Under the pieces are notes generated by a model. It made no database searches. It saw only the letters and a program-made list of their open reading frames with translations, and had not been told where the DNA came from. A DNA stretch of 64,000 nucleotides from Antedon mediterranea. Taxonomy: Eukaryota; Animalia; Echinodermata. Positions within the stretch are counted from its first letter, which is position 1; the number at the start of each line of letters is the position of its first letter. The translations under genes and the position numbers were made by a program. Shown here in pieces: positions 39,916-50,215 of the stretch. The stretch covers positions 3,922,422-3,986,421 of the forward strand of contig NC_092678.1 of the NCBI RefSeq assembly GCF_964355755.1. The letters are read 5' to 3'.

Positions 39916-40914
39916 ATGAACACTTCTGCTGAAGAATATTGTATGTTATCTGGTATTGAAATTTTCTTCAACGAATTAGACCCGAACGAAGATTATGCGT
40001 CAACTGTGACGGGGTTTGTCGTTATTTGTTCAGTAAGTTTGATATTAAACCTAGGCGTACTGTACATATTTGCATCGGAGAAAAAGCTACACAAACGGCA
40101 GCATATCTTTATCGTTTCGTTAGCGGTTTCAGAATGTATTTTTGTGTTCACTACTTTGGTGATTTCAATTTATCAAGAGAATCCAACAATAACTCTAGCA
40201 ATATTTGCAGTTTGTTCGTCTTCAGTGCATGTATCAATACAGATGGTGTTGGCGATTGCGATAGAACGCCTTCTGGTCCTGGTCATCTTCCCATTCAACA
40301 GAGATCTAAACTCACCGAAGAAACTTGTTATCACCTGCGTTATCATCTGGATTAGTACATACATAACTGTATGTACATTTATATGCACGGGTATGATATT
40401 AGAGTTTGAATTTGTTGCAACTATAGTTCATTTTCTTGTAATAATATTAGTCTCATTGACGTATTGTGGTATCTACATTTTTGTTGAAAGACACGAAAGC
40501 AAGCTTGACGTAGTTCCTTACGAGTTGAGACTTTCCAAACGACTGATGAAAACATTTGCGATTGTGGTTTGCGCTTTTAACATTAGTTGGTTACCTGTGG
40601 ACCTTGTTGCGGTTGTTGATAAAAATGTAGACTTTAGATGTGATGATGATATATATGTGTATGTTTATCCTGTATGTTTCAGTTTAACATTCACACACTC
40701 CATCATAACTCCGATTGTTTATCTTTGGAGAATCAAACATTTTAGAAACGCAGTGTCAAAACGACTATGTTTTATCAAAAGTATGTACAGTAAGATAGGA
40801 CGATACAATTCCAATCGAAATAGACCAAAACAATTCAACTGGGTTGCCCGTAGGTTTCCCAAAAAAGATGCCACTTCACCAGCACATAGCGAATTTGATG
40901 TGCTCAGTATTTAA
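39916..40914 (+). CDS. Intronless class A orphan GPCR (ERL/TPxxY subfamily)
   Basis: ATG at 39916, 332 aa, 7 TM, DPNEDY, LAVSE, ERL, SWLP, TPIVY, FRNA, longer C-tail. Confidence 0.92.
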   Translation: MNTSAEEYCMLSGIEIFFNELDPNEDYASTVTGFVVICSVSLILNLGVLYIFASEKKLHKRQHIFIVSLAVSECIFVFTTLVISIYQENPTITLAIFAVCSSSVHVSIQMVLAIAIERLLVLVIFPFNRDLNSPKKLVITCVIIWISTYITVCTFICTGMILEFEFVATIVHFLVIILVSLTYCGIYIFVERHESKLDVVPYELRLSKRLMKTFAIVVCAFNISWLPVDLVAVVDKNVDFRCDDDIYVYVYPVCFSLTFTHSIITPIVYLWRIKHFRNAVSKRLCFIKSMYSKIGRYNSNRNRPKQFNWVARRFPKKDATSPAHSEFDVLSI

Positions 40915-42574
40915 AAGATACTTTAGGCCTACTACACAAGGCAAGAAACGTATGCTAAGATGGAATATCATTAAAATCCACGTACAATAGTTACAATGTT
41001 GAAGGTTTCAGAAGAAGAGAAAAACAAAGAAAACAAATGGAGAAACATTCTGATTGTTACATAATGTACCTTCGACCCAAAATATACAGAAAATATAATT
41101 AATTTGTCACAAAGTATTTAACAATTTCACAAATGTTTTCGATCACATGTCTTTCTAATTGATACTGGATAATTATTGGTAGAATATTCAAAATGTACGT
41201 GACAATTGAACAATAGGGAGAAGTAAAAGATAAACATTACGACCTAAGACATTAATTTCACATATTGTACTGTTTGTATGATGTGAATAAAGTTGAAAAT
41301 TATTATAACAGGAATTGCTGACATTTTTAAGTTTTAAGCCAATTTTGGAGAATTAACGATGGACAGACGGTACATAGTAATGGACGAATGTCATGATAAC
41401 GTTCTCCACCAATAAAACGAAATAATAAAACTCTGCTGTGCAATGTGTAATCTAAGAAAACTAAAATGCAGTTCCTATTATCTAAATAAGTGGTAGTTTT
41501 ACTAAGATCTATGTTCTTTATATTATCATACAGAGCATACATATAAAATATTAATATGCCTAATACAGTGTTTCCACTTGGGACTCATTTTGTTAAATAT
41601 ATTTGGATCCGCTTTTGTAATAGAATTGGTGCCCTATGGCTGTTCTGGGCCATTAGATGTGTCTAAGGAAATAAGATTCTATGAAACCATTTTTTACTTC
41701 GTCATATTATCATAAGTATATTGATTTTAACAATTATTATGCTTAAACGAAATAACCACTCAGAAAGAGACTTGCAATTTTGTATTATAATCCAGGTTAA
41801 ACGAAGTACTGTCATCATGCGGTTGAATGCATCTTAATTATTTTGCTTTATCAACAGATTATGGAATTAATCCTTATATGGGTCTCAAAGTTGACGGTTT
41901 AATCCGCTGAATTACACCATATCGGAATATATATATAAAATACTAGATTCTAGGAAGAGCAAAAACACTTTATGTTCGTTACGATTTTTATAAAATTTAA
42001 AAAAACAGCGAATATGTATATAAAATTAATATACTAAGTGCTACCATGATAACCTATGATGGATGGTGCTGTTGTAATTTGAAACAGGAACTCATGGTTC
42101 ATTCTCCTAATTGCAGAACATGCGTAAATGTTTATTCGTCATCAATCGGGAGGAAAATTCTTTGAAACAGACGATTGTGCGCAATTTAGGATGAATAACG
42201 GGTTATTCTCCTACTTCCACCCACGAAAATTCACCTGAAGGGGTACAGTGACATTAATGTACCAGTAATGGTTTTAGCAAAATTAAATGGTAAATGGATA
42301 TATACATGGCCTAACTTAACACAATATTGTCCTCCGGGGGTGCAAGTGTGAACGATTGATTTATTTATTCTACTTATCTGTCTAAACTGTTTTCTGCGTA
42401 AATTTACAAACATATATATTACATTTCTAAAATAGTGCAGACAGTTATTAAGACAGAATATTAAGAGCAGCACCCAGCAGAATGTTAATACAGTATTAGT
42501 TTTATCAAGTATACATATTACACAATATCAACCGGTTGCCGTAGTAATTTATTGAAAATATGATTCACCAATCG

Positions 42575-42660
42575 ATGCGGCGCGCAAGCGTATTCGAACG
42601 CGGCGCTTAATTGGTTGTGGCGTTTATTCGACTACGACACTTATTCAATTGCGGCACTAT
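42575..42660. mobile_element. Degenerate GCGGCGC/TTATTCGA-type repeat, probable DNA-transposon relic
   Basis: Short CpG-rich repeated units GCGGCG(C/T)TTA(A/T)T in an AT-rich background; no intact TIR pair found. Confidence 0.3.
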
Positions 42661-43595
42661 GAAGTTCAATCACTTACGATTATTGCATACGTTACTACGT
42701 CCTTGAAAATGATAGTGTGTTATTGATCAAAGGTATTACCTAATGAAATCTGTTGTTAACCTCAAGCGGGTTGGACAACTATATATTAAAAGAATTGTTT
42801 TTTCAAAGAAATGTTTGCTCGATTTATTTGTAATTTGTTTTCTAGCTAATGCCACAATTCATAAGTTGTTCCACAATACCAATTTTCAGATTTCATAAAC
42901 AATTCGATTTTTTTTTCATTACACAGTAACTCTTTTATTTCTTTCTGTTAATTAGTTAATTTAAATTTATTTTTTTAGTTTAAACTTAATGGTCCTAAAT
43001 GAGAAAATTATCCAAAACGGGTTACTAACATTTTGTCGAATAATTAACCTAAAATAAGGGGTGCTGTGAACTAAATATTTGTGTTCCAATTGCCATATCA
43101 CTGATAAAATGGTATGGAAAATAGTTGTATAAGCGCGCGTATTATTGTCAACAGGAAATTACAGACTTTTTACAAAGTACAAAATGGCAAGTAACCGACT
43201 ATAGCTCTAGGTCATAGAACAGTACCGGAATAAACCACTCCCAGATAGAAAGAAGATATGAGTATTTACTAATATTCATGTCTGTAGCCGAAGGATTGTA
43301 ATATAGTTCCGGGGTGACTGTTTTACATAGGTTGTTATATCCATTAGTCAAGCAGAAGATAATGTCTCACTTGTCGCTTTAGAACGTCAAAAGAAATGAG
43401 TACAAAGTCAAAATAGAATTCAAATTCTATAGATAGAAGAACATAATACAGGTATTATTACAATCAAATTGTTAAAAAGTACATATTGAGGGAAAGCAAA
43501 GGCAAGATATGCTTTTAAAGGCACTTTTTACATTATTAGTTGAACTATGTACTAAATAATACTAATTTGAATACAATTCGAAACATGATCAGTGT

Positions 43596-44415
43596 TTGTA
43601 ATAGTCTCCACAAACAAAATGTGGACACTGCAAATGATGTAGACCAAGTCAATCCAAATGATGTCAGGTTTTGTAATAGTCTCCACTAAACCATGTGGAC
43701 ACTGCAAATGATGTAGACCAAGTCAATCCAAATGATGTCAGGTTTTGTAATAGTCTCCACTAAACCATGTGGACACTGCGAGTCAAGTCAATCTAATTGA
43801 TGTTTACTGGTTTTATAATAGTCTGGACACTGCAAGTGACGTAGACCAAGTCAGTCCAGTTGATGTCTACTGGTGTTGTAATAGTCTCCACTAAACAAAG
43901 TGGACACTGCAAATGATGTAGACCAAGTCAGTCCAGTTGATGTCTACTGGTGTTGTAATAGTCTTCACTAAACAAAGTGGACACTGCAAATGATGTAGAC
44001 CAAGTCAATCCAGTTGATGTCAGGTTTTGTATTAGTCTCCACTAAACAAAGTGGACACTGCAAATGATGTAGACCAAGTCAATCCAGTTGATGTCTACTG
44101 GTGTTGTATTAGTCTCCACTAAACAAAGTGGACACTGCAAATGATGTAGACCAAGTCAATCCAGTTGATGTCTACTGGTGTTGTAATAGTCTCCACTAAA
44201 CAAAGTGGACACTGCAAATGATGTAGACCAAGTCAATCCAGTTGATGTCTACTGGTGTTGTAATAGTCTCCACTAAACAAAGTGGACACTGCAAATGATG
44301 TAGACCAAGTCAATCCAGTTGATGTCTACTGGTGTTGTAATAGTCTCCACTAAACAAAGTGGCCACTGCAAATGATGTAGACCAAGTCAATCTAATTGAT
44401 GTCAGGTTTTATAAT
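43596..44415. repeat. Satellite of 74-77 bp units, about 11 copies
   Basis: GTGG(A/C)CACTGC recurs at 43621, 43695, 43769, 43900, 43977, 44051, 44128, 44205, 44282 and 44359, plus one shortened unit. Confidence 0.95.
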
Positions 44416-44569
44416 GAGGAAACCGCAAAAATCATGGGCAATTTACACTCGATCCACAATAGATTGCAAAAAAACAGTTCGAAGGAAATTCAAATTTAGA
44501 GTTGTTGATGACATAGCAATGGGGCAGAGGAAAACCAGCTCCTCAACCACACAAGACTCTACCTCTTTG

Positions 44570-47307
44570 TTATTTATATTGCAAGTAAGATTTAAGGCTA
44601 GCGGGTACATCAAGATTAGGAAGATTGTCTAAATGACTGCTTCCAATATTCTTACGTATTTCTAAACGACAAAGTTGTTTTAAAGAAACGGCATTGCCTG
44701 TAAATAAAGAAGAGCATATGTCGTAAAAGGTGGTCTAAGTATTATTGCGCTACACGATAACTTTATCATGCATAAAAAGCAATAATAAAAACATGCGTAA
44801 AAGAAGGTATACTTACTGTGATATTTATATAAAGTACTTGCTGCGTCGCAATCTACTTCTACTAGGTCACATGGGTATTGTTGTTTTTTGTCTTTTACAA
44901 ACGGAGTTGCGCCATAGTCCATTAGAAGTTGTATAATTTTTGTGTTATTTCTCATAGCTGCTAGATGCAGTGGGCTGCAATGCGTTTGAGGCACTATGAA
45001 GTTTACACAGGAACCTAAGAAAAATTAACATTTAAAAAGATAAGCAAAAGCCAAATAAAAAAAAATACAAAATTAAATATTGAAATTGATAATTCAAGAT
45101 TTAAACTCACCTGACTGAATTAGGAAAAAAAAAAGGAATTTTAGATAGAGCAAAAAAAGTAATAATAAAAGGAAAGAAAAAAAATAAGAAAGTGATAAAA
45201 GGAAAGATGCAAGAATTAAACTGACCTGACTGAAGTAGTAAACCAACACATGCAGGATGTGATTGCTCACATGCACAGTGAAGGGCCGTTCCATAATGTT
45301 GGTCTTCTAATTCAAGTTGTGCACCAGCGTCAAGGAGTAATCTTACACACTCCTCATTGCCTATAATAAAATACAACAACAATCTATAGTTTGCTCACTA
45401 TTTATGAATTATTATTATGGGAAAAAATTCACATTCACATTAAATTGAGGAAGATCATTATTTACCATTAAGAGCAGCCTCATGTAATGGTGATCGTGTG
45501 GTCTGTTTTGGATTCACATCACAACCTGCTTCTATTAATAGTTTAACACAATCAACACTACCGGTGCTAGCGGCATGGTTTAAGGGTGTGGCACCTAGGA
45601 TATCACATGCATTCAACTGGAAAAAAACAAACAACTCCTAACTTCAATGTTCACAGAATGCAGGGGTTTAAAGAAGTAATTGTGAACCTGAAGAAAAGTT
45701 TGGTTTGGGAGAGTGAAAGAGATTAAAAAAACAAGTGCTGATGAACAGTAATTAGGAAGGTCCGTACTAACTAAAGCATTTAGTAAAAGTCTGTAAAACA
45801 ATGTTAGCAAAAATACAGTATTGTGATAAAAAAATTAAAAAAAAACCTTTTTGCATTGTCTTAATGAATAGCAAGGAATTTGAAACTTTTGGAAACAATA
45901 ACAGTTTTGAGATAGTTGACATAAACAATGAAATAATAATGAACCTGTTTGAAATCAGAATATACATTACACATTGAACGATAGACAAACGAAGAGTTCA
46001 TTCATTCAGTGTATCATTAGATATAAAAGGAAACAATGTACACTAAATTAATTAAATCTCAATGGCTACTTTGTGTCAAGTGAGTAGATACAATACATGG
46101 TAAGAAACCATTTATTAGTTTACAAACACTTTTTTGGGCCAAGTTTGTTCCATGCAGGTACTAACAATTCTCCCTCATAAGATCTGAACATGAAACATGA
46201 ACGGACACTATTTAAACTTTTTTTAGAAGCACACGTTATGGTAAATGTAATGATTTCTAACAGGAAAATCACAGCACATCACACTAGACAATGGTGACAC
46301 AGCAAGTGTTGTACAATACTGCAAAAACCCATACTTACTATACATACTACAGATAACCACCATTTGCACCTATATTAGTTAAACAGAGATGATTTTTAAT
46401 TGCTTATTCTTTAAAGTAATAATATTTTACCAACCAAATTTTTTTTTGTAGGCCCAGTTAGGTAAATGATATTTTTTTTTAAAATTTAAACTACAGTACT
46501 TATTTTACAAGTTTTTTCAAATTTGTTTTTTTTAAACTTGCATCCAATAACTACTTTAAATAATTGTTATATTAATTCCAGAATTCGAAGTACTTACTTC
46601 TGCCTTTGCTTTTATCAAATTTCGTGCACAATACACATGATTTGTTCCACATGCTTCATGTAAAGGCGTTATCCCCTCAGACGTTCTTCTATTGACTGCC
46701 TGACCTTCTCGTATCAGGCTGTGAAGTACGAGAAGCTGACCGGTAGATGCTGCAATGTGAAGTCTGGTACGATTATGGCCGCTGTATCGATCTATTTGAA
46801 GATACATGCAGTAGTAAACGTTCTATATTACTAATAAATATTAATCATGTATTTACCCAGGGAACAATTTTTAATCTGAATTTGGAGTAGGAAACAGATT
46901 TTTGTATTGCATTTCTGGAGAAAAAATTTGATGTCAGGCATTTGTTTTTTATGAATTGCTCATTCATCAAATACAGATAAATATATACAAATGACAGGAT
47001 GAGAGCAAGAGGATAACCCTATAAGCTCTAGAGCTTGATGTTCCCATAGTAGCCCTGTACAATCAGAATGGATAATACTGTAAACTGGTATAATCATAAA
47101 CATAACAAATTATATTCAAATCATTTTGTCCGAGTAAATGGTTTTTCAGCTAGTATGCAAGTATCTAAATCTCTCCACAAGCTTAACTTTCATCTAGGTC
47201 TACTAGGCCTACCCTTTGTACCTCAGCATATAAAGTACCAGTAGCTAAAAATAATACGCAAATAATAAAACTGTAAATTTAGTGGAATACATACCATGTC
47301 CATGCAT
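44570..47307 (-). CDS. Ankyrin repeat and SOCS box protein (ASB13-like)
   Basis: Exons 47307-47295 (tentative), 46791-46598, 45616-45466, 45360-45226, 45014-44817 and 44697-44570 join in frame. About 6 ankyrin repeats (TPLHEAC, TPLNHAA, SPLHEAA, TALHCAC, SPLHLAA) and a C-terminal SOCS box SLKQLCRLEIRK...LDVPASLKSYLQY. Confidence 0.9.
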
Positions 47308-48089
47308 AGTCGCTATCAAACAGAACAAATATTGGAAAGTGGAAATATTCAGGCAGCGTTATTAAAAAGTAATGGAGACAAATAACAGTAGGTTTCTAGC
47401 AAACTCTCAGTCTCAGTAATAAGTGGCAAACTGACATCTTGTCTCTAAACTTATTTATATTACATGCTTAAATAGAGCAATTTAACAGCACAAAAGAAGA
47501 CCTAGACCCAGAATTCTTTTCAAGCAAGTACAGTAATTCGATCAAGGTTGAAAGTAGAGAGGTCAAAGTAAATTCAACCAACAAATGCTTAAGTGAATTT
47601 AACTTTTTTTAAATCCTATTTTATTGAAGGTAATTATTATTAAGTATAAATTAAGTATACTTAATAAAACATAAAAAAACAGCACTCTGCATCATGTCAG
47701 TGGCTTAGTTAAACATCTGTAAAATATCATCTCCATAAAACTTTGAAACAAAACAGACAGAACACAGTTAGGGTAAAGGGCTGGTCCATGTTACACAGTA
47801 AGTTAAGAGTTGTCAAAACAATTATCTGATAACTTAATCACATAAAACTTTTGATTTTTTTTTGCCTGGGCAAGAAAATGTAATGACCTTTCTTTGTCCT
47901 TTAATTTATTCTAGCAATCAAAATTCATTTTAAGTATTCACAAGGTAACTTGGAAGTAAGAAAGGTTAAAAGTTTAATATCATCATGCTTGAGTGGCAAC
48001 ATTGTAAAGATGACCTAGAGACATAAAAAACTCACTTTAGTCAAGCCTCACACATATTATTTAATTTACCAGATGGTCACACAATTTTA

Positions 48090-48480
48090 AATAGGCTAGG
48101 CCTAGCTAGCTCTTCTAGACTACTATTAACTGTCCCTAGCCTAGTAGCCTAGCTAGGCCTATAGGCTATAGGCTATAAATAATAGCCAGGCTGCAGAAGA
48201 GAGAATACACAGTTATTACTAATTAGGCCTAGCTAGCTAGTAACTAGGCCTACTATACTAGGGCCAGGCCTATGCCTTTGTAGTAGTAGTGTGTAGGCTA
48301 GTAGGACTTTGCCTGGGGATCTAGGCTAGCCCTAGCCCTCTACTACTAGGCCTAGGCTAGGCCTCCTCCTATAGGCTAGTACTACCGGGTCCGTACTACC
48401 TAGTCTCTAGACCTAGCTAGGCCTAGGCTAGTTAGGCCTAGCTAGTAGTAAGTTAGTTGATGTAGCCTAAAGGGTAGGCC
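48090..48480. repeat. Low-complexity TAGGCCTA/CTAG-rich tract
   Basis: Dense irregular CTAG/TAGGCCTA units; a similar tract lies at 55224-55500. Confidence 0.75.
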
Positions 48481-48653
48481 CAAAATAAATCCATTAACTG
48501 CATAAAGTAGACCCCTTATTAGAATTAAACATTTAAATATTAATAATACCGACCAACAAGGCCTGGATATCGTGTTTTGGCATCCATTATTTAATTTAGC
48601 CACAGCTTACAGCACGTGTCCAAACAAACAAACAAGAAAGGTCGAAAATTAAT

Positions 48654-48838
48654 TGAATATCATGTGACACACAATCCTCCAATCAAATGACAAGAATCTA
48701 CTCACGTGTCATAGCACGCCTGAGTAGATTCTTGTCCTCCAATCAAATAACAAGAATCTACTCACGTGCGATAATAAACACGGACGCCTGAATAGATTCT
48801 TTTCATTTAATTGGAGGATATGGGTCACATGACATTCA
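48654..48838. mobile_element. Foldback/MITE-like element with ~50-bp imperfect TIRs
   Basis: TGAATATCATGTGACACACAATCCTCCAATCAAATGACAAGAATCTACTCA on the left and its imperfect reverse complement on the right, with an internal direct duplicate of the arm. Confidence 0.7.
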
Positions 48839-50215
48839 GTATCTTACGACACAACTTGACACGAGGGCCGGCTGGGCCAATGAAAAGTCGGTATTATTAG
48901 GAAAGAGTGAAATTTATTGTTTTATAATTTCATTTCGTGAAAGATGAAATGTTGTTTCTATTTTTACCTCATTATATTTTCATTATATTTGTACCATTTT
49001 GGCCTGAATATTAAAATATTTATTATTCTGGATACTGCTTTCTTTAGATGTTTATTAATTATTGAAAATATAAATTGAGATAAAAAAAATTACACAAATA
49101 ATACTTAATAGAAAATGATGCAAACAGACAGGTTTTTTTTTATAAAACTTTCTTTTAACTTATATTTAATTATTATCAATAAATTATACAATGATCACAC
49201 ACGATCATTTAAATAATAATTCCCAATTTTTATATTTAAATAATTTATTGTAACTTAATGCTCCTTAGTTTGAGGTGGTTAGAACTACACATAAATCAAG
49301 TGTTTATGAATATTTGGATCATTGTTGGATACAATAATTAAATACAGAATTTTCAAACAAAAAAATGCCAATCTTTAACCTAGGATAAAGCTATTTACAG
49401 GCAAGATTGATAAACCTTCAATTGTCTGATGTAATAAACAATAAAAAAGAAATTGAAATATTCCCTGAAAATAACCAAATAGCATAAAGCTTATTTTACT
49501 TTTTTTAGCTTTATGCGACAAAACAAATAAATTAATTCATTCTGTTATTATTAGAAAATTTGAAAACATTTAAACACATTCAAACAATTTACACATAATT
49601 ACAAATACATTGAAAATTAAATCAGCTGTCATTTAAAAAAAAATATTCTCCAACAAAAAATTCACATAGAAAAAATAGTTAAATAATATACAAAAACTAT
49701 TACACCAACTATGGATAAATAGCACAATTTAATCCACGCACCTACTAAATATATTATAATTTGTTTAGAAATGCAAGCTATATTTAACTTTCTAACGCTT
49801 TTTTGGCTGAGCTTTTGCAATGAACTACGGCAGACTTCTTCACCCGATCAGGCAACAACCAATGACAACGTTCGAAAGTCATCACAAATCAAAAGCTTCC
49901 TGTTACTTCTGAGGTTATATATTATAAATTATGTCAAGGGTTGAATAATACATATAAAATAAAAAATATTGGAATGATTAATGGTTTATTTAGCATTGCA
50001 TATAATAGGCATGCTTATTATTTAATTGTTTAAACTGTGTACTTAAAACTCGTAGTTGGCTTATATACTCGAGTAATGTGACTAAATCTATAAATGAAAT
50101 AACAAAAAAAAAAGAAAAATTGTTTCGTATATCATAAAAAAAACCAAATAAAAATGTTACCGATCCCATAAAAAATACAACATCTTGTAGTTCAGTCAAA
50201 ACACAAACTTGAGAT

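Noticed and set aside
29305-40388. Short ORFs antisense to or overlapping the GPCR genes
   Set aside because: Shadows of the GPCR coding sequences with no independent features.
43596-44415. CRISPR-like array or hammerhead-ribozyme satellite
   Set aside because: Units are wholly repeated with no unique spacers, there are no cas genes, the context is eukaryotic, and no CUGANGA/GAAA core occurs on either strand.
49800-50090. Additional terminal GNS exon(s)
   Set aside because: Acceptors exist at ~50088 and ~49900, but no phase-compatible, recognisable continuation could be established; left unresolved.
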